Positions 26,601 through 35,262 of a stretch of DNA of 59,681 nucleotides are shown here, in pieces. A program made the translations under genes and the position numbers. The notes beneath the pieces are model-generated. The model saw only the letters and a program-made list of their open reading frames with translations, made no database searches and was not told the DNA's origin. Every line of letters starts with the position of its first letter. The first letter of the stretch is position 1. Source of the stretch: a virus (taxonomy: Duplodnaviria > Caudoviricetes); the IMG/VR virus record IMGVR_UViG_3300031787_000134, positions 1 through 59,681 of that record; one strand, written 5' to 3'.

Positions 26601-29070
26601 CAGTAACCAAACGCTGACCGACAGTCAGCAGGACTTCCTCATTGGGGCGCTCTCAGCTGAAGGGCCTCCCGCAGACTGGGACGAACCAGCTCGCGCGAAG
26701 TATGTTACCACCGCCGGGAACAGGCTAGTTCTAGCCAACGTCACCGACTGGCCGACTCTTACTGTCACTTATCTCGGTGCGGGGCTCACTCCGTTCGCCA
26801 GCTTTGCGGGACAGAAGTTTCTATACCGCCGGGACAGCAGCGAAAGCGCCCTGCTTACCCAAACAAATATGCTTGACCGGGTGACATATGAACTGGTACC
26901 CAGCTCAGCGGCCAAGACGATTTACCCCGTTCCCGGAACGAGTGGTCACTTCAAATTCTCCGCTACGACGGCGCTGCCCGCCACCCTCGCGGCGAAAGAC
27001 TGGGTCTACCTCTACCACAGTACGGTAAGCGGTGGTAACTCTCAAGTTGTCACTGTTAGTGCGTCGAACGATAAATTTACCGTCACAACAGACATACCAA
27101 ATGGTACCTTAGTTCATTTTTCAACTAGCGGCACGGGCACCTATCCAACATATGTTGATGGCGCCGGAACGACAAGCATTAGTCCCAACCGAGGCTATTT
27201 TGTTGTCAATAGTGGTAGTAATGAATTAAAAATTGCATTGACTTATGGCGGTGCCGCACTTGACATTGCTACTGATGGAACACCCACATTAAACCTACTT
27301 TGGGATGGGTCTGAACTAGATTATGCCGGCTGGTACCAAGTGGCCGACGTCACCGCTGGTGTCGTCACCATTCACAGTCCGAACCTCAACTGGTCCACTA
27401 TTCCCAAACAATTCCCGGATAGGGCATTATTTGCCACCAACCTCGAAGATGTCCCGGTCTTGACCGGAGTAGACGGCAATATGGGGATGTTCAATGGTAA
27501 CGGTCCCCTGCCTTGGCAAGTAGTATTGCGCCGGTTGGGGATGGCCATCAACGCCACAATGAGAGTGACGGACACGACACTAGCGGGTCAAACCACCTTC
27601 GTCCCGTGGCTCATTGCTAGGTCTGAAGGAGATACTGATGGGCAGCTCATCGTCAAGCAACCTAGGGCGGAAGTAGCCATACCAAGTCTTACTATTAAGG
27701 GACCAACAACCACCGTCAACGGCAGCGTAACAAATAGCACGACTGTGACTTTGGCCGACGCTAGTCAGTTTCAGTCAAATGGAACAATATTAGTCAACGG
27801 TAGCATTTATTCTTACGCTGGAAAAGTGGGTAATATTTTATCGGGTTTGTCGCCAGTACTCACCGCGTCTAGTGGGGCTGGAGTTGAGGCTGGTATCGGA
27901 GTTTCAACCTACGTCAATGGCGCTTTGACTAACGTGGGAACAGCAGCCAATTTAGTAACCACCCGCTACCCGAGCCGGCTATTAGTAAGCTACGACAACT
28001 ATCCAGAAATATTTGACAATCCTTGGACGGTGAATACGGACTCCAGTGATAGTGCAATTGATGTCAACTCTGCTGACGGGCAAGAGATTACCGGTGTAAT
28101 TCCCTTCTTCGGTGAATCGGCCTTCGGTGCCGCCCTCCAGTCCGGGGTACTAGTCGTCTTCAAACAGAATAGCATATACTTGGTTGACCTCTCCGCTAAA
28201 GCGGCTGGACAAAACCCAGTCCAAAGACTTGAGACGCAAGGTTTAGGTTGTACTGCTCCGTACAGTATCGCTTCTACTAAAGACGGTATCGCTTTCGCGA
28301 ACGACTCAGGCGTGTACGTACTCCGCCGGAATCAAAGGATTGAGTACCTGGGTCGGTATATTGAGAGATTGTGGCAGCAGTCGGTTGACAAGTCCGCACT
28401 CGACCTAGTGCAAGGACACCATTACGGGGTCGGCCGCCAGTATAAGTTGTCGGTACCCTTGGCTAGCGAGAGCCAAGACGGCCATGCTCAAAACAGCGAA
28501 GTATACGTCTACAACCACACCGGCGAGACGGCAGACGAACCGGGCGGGTGGGGCCGCTATACCAACCACGCAGCAACCGGGTGGGCGAACCTATTCCAAG
28601 ATGCCTTCTACAGCACGTGCAATGGCACCGTAAAGCGAATCAGGAACGTGGGGGATACCTCGGACTATAGGGACGACGACATCGCGATAGAATCGATTTT
28701 AGAGGCTCGGGCTACCGCGTACGGGAATACCGGAATCAGGAAGGTAGTGGCCAGCGTCACTGTCCATTACCGCTCGGGCGGGAACAGCAACAATACTTCG
28801 GTCTACATGTCTCCCGACCTCTATCAAGAATATGATTTGTCATCCGCGTTCCGAATCTTGGCCAAGCCTAGTTTGGTGGATGGGCTAGGCACCGTTGCGG
28901 GACAAGATGTCGTCTCGATTATGCACTCCTTTCCGAAACGGAGATGCATCTACATGTCTGTCAAGATAGTGAACAATGGTAAGGATGAAAATGTTGAGTT
29001 GGCCGGATTTGCGTATTCAGTCGCGGGTCTGTCAGGGGCGGGAGTCAAGCAAGCCGGCGAGACTGACTAG
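23602..29070 (+). CDS. large tail nozzle / tail tubular protein B-like protein (1822 aa)
   Basis: N-terminal 'G.VRKRKG' and C-terminal 'LVVFKQNSIY...GCTAPYSI' as in P22 gp10-like stabilisation proteins, with many inserted beta domains. Confidence 0.7.
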   Translation: MALQYQNIEEPSFGRGIDARSAENQIRDGFVRDLVNSDIVEGRVRKRKGFANYAGNLPVRVTAVRQIGAPTNKTGFILDRSIDLSDVDITPLLVYGKYSSSIANDTTLYYEQWETSIKKAFAVTTPPGPSTLTVPVSEHNIDSPYIYTGTVLYSPGPEEEVITVDETEVSNSTYDINLSYFNYTGFPEEVYVYYKDGRTILGETAVITAVLPNPGPPTTITIPATGLGGHNLSLGNIIYQLYENVGSGLVRRIPSSAFLDKNTNELTITPGTPGNYVVLLFSAPVSQSVTLSPSLFTAGGEENYRLTLSNVTSRYIFSSVYHDSTGEEILPDSVIYNSDNETVTFAFAKASYEANPGALRIYYDYGAVRANEITVTGPNVNAYYTDPQLTIYGLSHETIYGQYKNELRRGWANHVDSYRSPETTHMVAGLGGNLFAALSPNDSYFPSALLGATPTYYPKLSSKTVASNQVIGPAFWDTDDVPNLTRAVLKFQGGGTNWASITGVQHITGNTVRYTLSVPGAVVVGGTLSNVISVTPDLEDYISVKGMSHSRHNGNFKIVARSLVGDVLTLDVVNPRIKNSDYDDTGCSGLGGVFTDRVSLSATSPFLTDDVLLSPAWTSATELIVQSSDSSTITVSQVYGKITLSPGVSIAGRRTSATIPLRNLSTDITTSLNIVVGDTVYLSGVNRPLQVLAVDIANNAITVDEALVWEDNISLPTPIGVSQRWIPAETPVPSSGDSAYSLIPKTTVQHLSSNPYDNQPFLRSAMVQNNLYLTNGNDEVYKYDGQHFYRAGLIPWQPGLFLAVENVATGGIPLSGSGAQVVAALEGAQLRLATGPAAYFQAGDVVRFTNGEGINQLLTIKAINEVTSSTDKLFSFEETLDFTALGTTPRLTLVYQARYYFRLNVKDENGVTVSSAVTGALDFVATISPESGKQLKVLLRLVGLPPWDRYDFRNKNIELEVYRTLWSRGSLGEVPTFYRIQSIGLTYENNSGYIDVEDVYSNQTLTDSQQDFLIGALSAEGPPADWDEPARAKYVTTAGNRLVLANVTDWPTLTVTYLGAGLTPFASFAGQKFLYRRDSSESALLTQTNMLDRVTYELVPSSAAKTIYPVPGTSGHFKFSATTALPATLAAKDWVYLYHSTVSGGNSQVVTVSASNDKFTVTTDIPNGTLVHFSTSGTGTYPTYVDGAGTTSISPNRGYFVVNSGSNELKIALTYGGAALDIATDGTPTLNLLWDGSELDYAGWYQVADVTAGVVTIHSPNLNWSTIPKQFPDRALFATNLEDVPVLTGVDGNMGMFNGNGPLPWQVVLRRLGMAINATMRVTDTTLAGQTTFVPWLIARSEGDTDGQLIVKQPRAEVAIPSLTIKGPTTTVNGSVTNSTTVTLADASQFQSNGTILVNGSIYSYAGKVGNILSGLSPVLTASSGAGVEAGIGVSTYVNGALTNVGTAANLVTTRYPSRLLVSYDNYPEIFDNPWTVNTDSSDSAIDVNSADGQEITGVIPFFGESAFGAALQSGVLVVFKQNSIYLVDLSAKAAGQNPVQRLETQGLGCTAPYSIASTKDGIAFANDSGVYVLRRNQRIEYLGRYIERLWQQSVDKSALDLVQGHHYGVGRQYKLSVPLASESQDGHAQNSEVYVYNHTGETADEPGGWGRYTNHAATGWANLFQDAFYSTCNGTVKRIRNVGDTSDYRDDDIAIESILEARATAYGNTGIRKVVASVTVHYRSGGNSNNTSVYMSPDLYQEYDLSSAFRILAKPSLVDGLGTVAGQDVVSIMHSFPKRRCIYMSVKIVNNGKDENVELAGFAYSVAGLSGAGVKQAGETD

Positions 29071-29157
29071 TCAGAAAAGTGCTACACTTTTTCTACCAAC
29101 GGCGGGATGTCATATCACAGACATGATACTGACATCTCTAACCAAAGCGGCCGGGTG

Positions 29158-29185
29158 TTGACAGATTTGCAAAGCGGGTTATACT
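29158..29185 (+). promoter_or_regulatory. sigma70-type promoter facing a repeat-rich intergenic region
   Basis: TTGACA-16-TATACT. Confidence 0.45.
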
Positions 29186-29270
29186 AAGACCATGTCTTGT
29201 ATGTTTCCCTTCGGTTGCTGGTTAACAAGTATATATGTAACACGTGCAGCTATAGTAACAGCAGTAACAA

Positions 29271-29372
29271 TAGTACAAGTCGCAGCAGTGTACACGTAGC
29301 TACATGTACTAGTCGCAGCATAGTACTAGCCGCAGCATGTACTAGTCGCAGCATAGTACAGGCCGCAGCAAT
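29271..29372. repeat. degenerate ~16-18 bp tandem repeats (TACTAGTCGCAGCA-like)
   Basis: CGCAGCA occurs 5 times; CATGTACTAGTCGCAGCATAGTAC occurs twice. Confidence 0.75.
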
Positions 29373-29450
29373 ATTACCGCACCCCCTGTACAGTTGCCCG
29401 GCGTCGGTAAGTGCGGACATGTACCGGCTACCCGCAACTAAGCCCCTGAC

Positions 29451-29479
29451 TTGACAGGCCACCCCTCGTATGTTACAGT
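29451..29479 (+). promoter_or_regulatory. sigma70-type promoter for the ejection-protein cluster
   Basis: TTGACA-17-TACAGT with TG extension. Confidence 0.55.
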
Positions 29480-29515
29480 AAGTACACCCAATAAAAGGGA
29501 GCGGGGGTATCCGGC

Positions 29516-31810
29516 TTGGCTACGATGACACTTCAAGAAAGAATCAAGCGAAGTCAGCAGGTTGGCAGTGAGGCTAAGCAGCCTACCGTCAATCAACTGG
29601 CGTCCAATGCCGGCCTCCCGTCTCCTAATACTGCCGTCGGGGCGGGTATGATTCCAGGTACTACACCCGACCAAGCCAAGATGATGGGCACTCCGGCACA
29701 GAAGCAGGCTAAAGTAGCCTCGCTCGGAGGGGAGACTGCCCTAGAGCAGGCCGCGAAATTGAGAGCACCCTCGGTAGCGACTGCGGAGGAGGAGGCCAAG
29801 AAGAGAAAAGCTGTAGCCTTATCTCAAGGCCTCGGAACGTTTGGCGATAAAGCAACCGAGCTGGTCGAAACCACATTCCGAAACATTACCGGCCAACAAG
29901 TACAAGCCGCCCCTACCGCCGCACCAACAGCGGGAGCCCCCGCCCCGGAGCCGGCGGCCCTGAACTTGAAACTCGACACCGCGTCTAGCCGCTTTGCTGG
30001 CAAAAGTGCGGACCAAATGACTAAAATTAGCCAGCTCGTTAACGACATTGCCACGATGCCGGCTGGTGCTGACCGAAACGCGGTAACGATGCAGCTCAAC
30101 GCGGAGCTCGGACTGACAGGCGAGACCGCACTCAAGTCTGAAGAGGTATCCTCTCTCATCTCCAAACTACCCGAAACGGTGGCAGGAGCAGCAGCTACAG
30201 CCGTTACCAAGACAGTCGGCGACAAGGTCACTATCGGCGATTTACAGCAGGTCGGAACAGATATCAACGAAATTTCCTCCTTACTAGGTATCCCGCCCGA
30301 GCAAGTATCGGAACTTACTTTCGGCGACTTACAGAACAGACTAGCCACCATCGGTCAAGAAACCTTCGGAGAAACTCAGCAAGTCCAAGCTGGCATGGTG
30401 TCGGGTCTCCTCTCCCCTACCGAAAGGGCCGCCTTGAGGGATGTCCTGGCCACTATGGAAGAAACCGGCATCGCAGGTGCCGAGCTGCAAGTAGCCGATA
30501 TCGGGAAGGATATCGCAGCAGGTACGACTGTTACTGTCGGCGGGCAGCAGTATAGTATCGAGGAGCTGCTTGCTGCGGACGAGATGACGGACATCGTCAA
30601 ACAAGTACTATCCGACCCAAAGGGTAAGCTAGCCCAGCAACTGAAGGTCGACAGTCCGGACCTCTTCAACTGGATAGCGAAGAGCGAAGCCGGCCTCAAG
30701 ACATTACTCGCCGCCACCGAGACCGGAGTCAAGGAATTCAAGACGATTCAAGAGAAGAACCTCGCCGTAGTCAAGCCGTTGCTGGCGTACAAAGACTACT
30801 TCAGTAAAATGAAGGGCGCTGACGGGAAACCCCTCTTTGACTTGACCGCCCTCAGAGCTGGCGAAATCAAGATAGAAGACTTGCCTCCCGCCATGAAGAC
30901 TGTCTTACAGTCCCCGCCCGAGAAGCAGCAAGCAGTACTATCCGCCCTTACTCAGCTCCCCGCTGACGCGGTAGCCGAGCTAGACTCAACTGAGATAGCC
31001 AACCTCGGCCTCGATAATCCGTCCGGCCTTTGGTCTAAATACGTCGCGGAATCCTCGAATCGGAAGCGCATCGCTAGTATCCCAAATGAGCAGCCCCAGA
31101 TAATTTTTGATACCTTGGGCTGGGGTTCGGTTGACCAGGCGAACCAAGTACTCGCGGACGCCATACTTGTCGAAGCTATGGGGGGACCGAAACACCCCCT
31201 CCTCGATGTCGACTTCAATGATGACGGCAAGATTGACGCCGCCGATATGAAAAACTTGAAGGAGTTGTCTGCCGGGGCTGCATTGCCCAGCCTCAAAGAC
31301 ATCGCGAAACAGGGAACCGTTCCCACCGCCCAGCTCCCCAACGTCGCTGGGACTAAGCTCGATTACGGCGACCAAGAGACATTCAATACCATCAAGAACG
31401 TCATGGCTGATGGCTTCTTTACTCAAGAAGAAGCTGATGCCTTGCCTTGGGATATACCCAAGATGGAGTCCGTGCTGAGTAAACTCAATCGCCAAGGCGG
31501 TGTGTATCAAGGACCGGCCGGCCAAATTGCCAAGACACTGTCGGACGCCTTGGACAGGAAGCGTAAGCAACGTGCCGAAGCTGAGGCCGCTGCTGAAGAT
31601 GAACGCATCCGGGCGCAAGCCGCTGCTGATAAAGCAGCTGCCGATGCTGCCGCTGCTGAGCAAAAGCGCAAAGAAGAAGAGCGGAAGAGAAGTGACCGCC
31701 GCCTAGACATCGGCCTCCTCGGCGCTGGCGTGGCTGCCCCGGGCGCCGGACGTGCGGGACGTGCCTTGGAAGAGCCAGCCAAAAAAGCAAAGAAATACTT
31801 GGGGATATAA
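29516..31810 (+). CDS. putative internal virion / ejection protein
   Basis: Helical A/Q/K-rich protein after the nozzle gene; contains the EF-hand-like loop DFNDDGKIDAAD. Confidence 0.55.
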   Translation: MATMTLQERIKRSQQVGSEAKQPTVNQLASNAGLPSPNTAVGAGMIPGTTPDQAKMMGTPAQKQAKVASLGGETALEQAAKLRAPSVATAEEEAKKRKAVALSQGLGTFGDKATELVETTFRNITGQQVQAAPTAAPTAGAPAPEPAALNLKLDTASSRFAGKSADQMTKISQLVNDIATMPAGADRNAVTMQLNAELGLTGETALKSEEVSSLISKLPETVAGAAATAVTKTVGDKVTIGDLQQVGTDINEISSLLGIPPEQVSELTFGDLQNRLATIGQETFGETQQVQAGMVSGLLSPTERAALRDVLATMEETGIAGAELQVADIGKDIAAGTTVTVGGQQYSIEELLAADEMTDIVKQVLSDPKGKLAQQLKVDSPDLFNWIAKSEAGLKTLLAATETGVKEFKTIQEKNLAVVKPLLAYKDYFSKMKGADGKPLFDLTALRAGEIKIEDLPPAMKTVLQSPPEKQQAVLSALTQLPADAVAELDSTEIANLGLDNPSGLWSKYVAESSNRKRIASIPNEQPQIIFDTLGWGSVDQANQVLADAILVEAMGGPKHPLLDVDFNDDGKIDAADMKNLKELSAGAALPSLKDIAKQGTVPTAQLPNVAGTKLDYGDQETFNTIKNVMADGFFTQEEADALPWDIPKMESVLSKLNRQGGVYQGPAGQIAKTLSDALDRKRKQRAEAEAAAEDERIRAQAAADKAAADAAAAEQKRKEEERKRSDRRLDIGLLGAGVAAPGAGRAGRALEEPAKKAKKYLGI

Positions 31811-31817
31811 GTGACGT

Positions 31818-32750
31818 ATGGCATCCTTACTTGACAAACTACAGCAAAGCTTGGGCACGGTCGGTGGACAGGCTACTCCCGGTGACGAGACCGCGTCAGT
31901 ACAAAAACTCCTCGCCGCCAAGAAGGGCATCGTTGGCGCGGGTCCGGGTGCGTTGGGTCCCCGAGGCTTGGCAGCCCCGGAGATGGCAGCCCGCGCCACA
32001 ACTCAACAACAACTGTCCCAAGTTGGACAAGCTGCACAACTACAAGCCACCGGCATCAGCCAAGCTGCCGAAGCTCAATCCGAGGAGCAACGTCAAAGGG
32101 AGCAAGCCTTAGCCGGACAGCAACAAGAGTCCTCCCTCCGGAATAGAATTCAAACCGAGAGCGTGTTACGCGGCCTGGAGCAAGGAAGAGCGGAGCTCGG
32201 AGAGAAGGAACGACAACAGGGCCTAGAACAAGTAGCCGCCAATCTCCGCCTCCAAGATGCAAGGTATGTTGATAACTTGCGCAGAGAAGGGGAAAGGGCT
32301 AGACTACAAGAAGACATCTCCTTTACTGAGCAACTCCAGAAGAGTGTGCTCGAAGACAATATGGCCATACAAAAACTTCGAATCAAGAATCAGTCCTTAC
32401 TCGATGTCAATGACAGGGAGTTTGACAAGGCCATGGCTAAGATGGGGTACAGTGAAGCTATATCCGCGGCCCGAGACAACCTCAAAGCCGATTCTCAGCG
32501 CGCCTTAATCAGCGGCGGGGCTGGCCTAATCAGCACCGGTATTCAAGCAGCTGGCCAATATAAGTCAGGCGGGCTCAGCCAAGGCTACCAGTCTTATCTC
32601 GATACGGTACCCCAAGGTGAGCGGCCGATGAGTTATACTGCTTGGCAAGCTGACCAAGCCCGCGCTGCCCAAGAAGCGCAAGGAAGTCAGGCAGCAAAAG
32701 GCAACCTTCCGGCTACCGGTCCTAGTCGGTCTTATGGAGGATTTGCGTAA
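31818..32750 (+). CDS. putative ejection protein
   Basis: Q/A-rich coiled coil with a Gly-rich hydrophobic segment. Confidence 0.55.
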   Translation: MASLLDKLQQSLGTVGGQATPGDETASVQKLLAAKKGIVGAGPGALGPRGLAAPEMAARATTQQQLSQVGQAAQLQATGISQAAEAQSEEQRQREQALAGQQQESSLRNRIQTESVLRGLEQGRAELGEKERQQGLEQVAANLRLQDARYVDNLRREGERARLQEDISFTEQLQKSVLEDNMAIQKLRIKNQSLLDVNDREFDKAMAKMGYSEAISAARDNLKADSQRALISGGAGLISTGIQAAGQYKSGGLSQGYQSYLDTVPQGERPMSYTAWQADQARAAQEAQGSQAAKGNLPATGPSRSYGGFA

Positions 32751-33607
32751 TGGCCCAAACAGCTAAGCAATCCGGACTAGCTACCTTAGCGGGACAAATG
32801 CCGGTCCGTAATCAAGAACTAGCGGACCAGCAAAGAGCCGCTCGCGCCTTACAGTTACAGCAGACCGTAGCCAGGATGACCCCGCAACAGGCCCCAACTG
32901 CGCAGCAGGCGGCTGGGATGGGGGCCGCATTAGCGCAACAAGCGGGACAAGAACAAGTGGGCCGAGCCACCCAGCAGCTGGAAACAGCTGGCCAAGTAGC
33001 CAAATTAGGCCAACAAGAAACAGCTATCGCGGGCCAACAAAAGCTAGGTGCTTTGCAAGAAGGAGCCCGGCAACAAGAACTATCTCAAGTTGATAGATTG
33101 GCCAAACTCGACGCCGCCGCAAAGACCGAGCTCTTCGACAAGGAATTACAGTTCCGTAAAGATGCCGCGAATCAGACCTTCTTCACAGAAAGACAGCTCG
33201 CCGACTACAAGAGACAATCCGCCGCTAGTGACGAACAACTCCGCAATTGGTCTAATCAAGCCCAGAATTACCACAAGCGGAATATTACTACTTTAGAGAC
33301 GATGTACAAGAAGCTTTCCGAGATTGAAGAGAACAATTACCGGATTGGAAAGCAGCAGTTAGACCAAGCGGCGCGCAAGGAATTGGCGCAACTTAGAGCC
33401 GATACTGAGAAGAGATTGCGCGATGCCAAAAACAAAGCTGCCAAAACTGCCCAAATGTGGCAAGCTGGTGGTACGATAGTAGGGGCCGTTGTCGGTAGTA
33501 TTATACCCGGTGCCGGGACCGTGGCAGGGGCCGCGTTAGGGGCCAGTATCGGCGGCGCAGTAGGCGGCATGGCTGGGGCTCAACAAGCAGGACAAGAGGA
33601 AATATAA
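32750..33607 (+). CDS. putative ejection (pilot) protein with C-terminal glycine zipper
   Basis: Q/A-rich; GTIVGAVVG...GAALGASIGGAVGG. Confidence 0.6.
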   Translation: MAQTAKQSGLATLAGQMPVRNQELADQQRAARALQLQQTVARMTPQQAPTAQQAAGMGAALAQQAGQEQVGRATQQLETAGQVAKLGQQETAIAGQQKLGALQEGARQQELSQVDRLAKLDAAAKTELFDKELQFRKDAANQTFFTERQLADYKRQSAASDEQLRNWSNQAQNYHKRNITTLETMYKKLSEIEENNYRIGKQQLDQAARKELAQLRADTEKRLRDAKNKAAKTAQMWQAGGTIVGAVVGSIIPGAGTVAGAALGASIGGAVGGMAGAQQAGQEEI

Positions 33608-33608
33608 C

Positions 33609-35261
33609 ATGGCAGCTATAGATAAAAAGAAACCCAAAGCGGGCAGTCTTGAAGAGAGATTAACAACTTCGTCCCTCCTCAACTCGGCCCCTACGCCGCC
33701 TGTTAAAGAACCGGCCCCATCCCTAAAGCCACAGATAACCGGAGAGTCTTACTCCGATATCAAGTTTGAGCCGAGTCCGGCCGAGCTTGAGGAAGCCAAC
33801 GCTAGGGGCGGGATGGACGGGGTCCGTTCATTATGGAACACTTACTCGGCGCTGAATGCCGAATTCCAGAACAAGGCCAAGACCGAGGGCTTCACTATGA
33901 GTGACCCCAAGGAGGCTGCCTCGGCGTTTCTCCAAACCAAGCAACCCGCCACCGGGCCGGGCATGTTGACCCGACCGGCAGAGCCAGTCGCCCCTTCACC
34001 AGGGCCAGTCCCCGCACCAACTCCGGCAGCGGATAGTAAGAAAGAGAAGCAAGCTGAGCCTGCTCCTCTTCTTGGGGGGGTTGCAGCCAAGCAAAGGCCG
34101 CAACCTAAGACTATCGCCGAATCAGTAGCTGGTCAAGTGAAAACAGCTGAAACCGCACAAGACGTTGCTACCGCAGTGACGGACAAGCTCGCATCAGGCC
34201 AGCCCATTGGCAGAGACGAATTGCTGGGTCTCGTGCAAAAGATTAACGCCATTCAGCCCACCCCTGCTCAAGCTGACGACGCCGCAGTCAAAGCCCTACG
34301 CGCGGCGCGGGAAGAAGCCCGTCAAGCGTACCGGGAGCAAGCTACTAGAAACGAGTGGTCCGAAGTAGCGCAAACCGTCAGCAACGCGATAGCCAACTTC
34401 ATCTCCGCGCAGCAGGGACTAGCCGGCAAGCCGCTAGCCTTACCGCAAGTCGATTATGGGGAGAGGACAGCCCGAGCCCTCCGCGAGTATCAGACTGAAC
34501 TGGGTTCCATCACCGAGCAAGAAAGAGCTATGGAACGCGGCGTGGAACGCAAGCAAGCTGCCTCCGAACGGGAAGCGGAAGCTTCGCGGCGCGGATGGGA
34601 ACGGTATCTGATGCTTGGCGAAAAGCAAATCGAAGCCGCTGAAAAGGAAGCTTACCAGAAGAGAGACTTGGCCGCCAATCTCGCGATTGCCACCGCGAAG
34701 CGTGAGCAAGAAAAGGCCGCTTTAGAAGCTGCAGCCCGTAAAGAAGAAAAGAAAGTCGCCAAAGAAGGCGGTAAGGAGCAACTCTCCTTCCTCGACAAGA
34801 GCATCCGCCAGACTGAAGACTTGATAAAGGAAACAGAGCGCAAGCTCCAGAACGCTACCGCGGTAGCTGCCGCCGCTGACAGTAAGGCGTTCTCCGAAGC
34901 ATTGCCCGCGTATTCTATCGGGGCCGGGGTCGACCTCTCCCAGTATAGTAAGGCCGGCATCTTTAGCGGCGAGAAGTACCAGCAAGACGAAGTCAAGAAG
35001 CAGGCCAGGGGCCGGGCTGCGGAGCTCTCTGCGGAACTGCAGCGCCTCTCCCGTATACGAGAAGAGAAACAAAATCAATATGATACACTCCTTTCGGGAG
35101 GGCAGCCTGCCCGACCAGCAGCCCCGGCTGGACAACAACCCGCTACGGGTGGTAAAGTAATTACCAGCGCTGATGTGGCAGACTACGCCAAAACGCAAGG
35201 CGTCCCTCCTGAACGCGCTGCTGCTTTCCTGGCCGGACAAGGCTATACAATCCGAGACTAA
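33609..35261 (+). CDS. putative ejection protein
   Basis: Pro-rich linker plus long E/A/R coiled coil. Confidence 0.55.
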   Translation: MAAIDKKKPKAGSLEERLTTSSLLNSAPTPPVKEPAPSLKPQITGESYSDIKFEPSPAELEEANARGGMDGVRSLWNTYSALNAEFQNKAKTEGFTMSDPKEAASAFLQTKQPATGPGMLTRPAEPVAPSPGPVPAPTPAADSKKEKQAEPAPLLGGVAAKQRPQPKTIAESVAGQVKTAETAQDVATAVTDKLASGQPIGRDELLGLVQKINAIQPTPAQADDAAVKALRAAREEARQAYREQATRNEWSEVAQTVSNAIANFISAQQGLAGKPLALPQVDYGERTARALREYQTELGSITEQERAMERGVERKQAASEREAEASRRGWERYLMLGEKQIEAAEKEAYQKRDLAANLAIATAKREQEKAALEAAARKEEKKVAKEGGKEQLSFLDKSIRQTEDLIKETERKLQNATAVAAAADSKAFSEALPAYSIGAGVDLSQYSKAGIFSGEKYQQDEVKKQARGRAAELSAELQRLSRIREEKQNQYDTLLSGGQPARPAAPAGQQPATGGKVITSADVADYAKTQGVPPERAAAFLAGQGYTIRD

Positions 35262-35262
35262 G

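Noticed and set aside
29197-29462. Overlapping 85-aa (+) and 70-aa (-) ORFs
   Set aside because: Translations of the DNA repeat with weak TTG starts.
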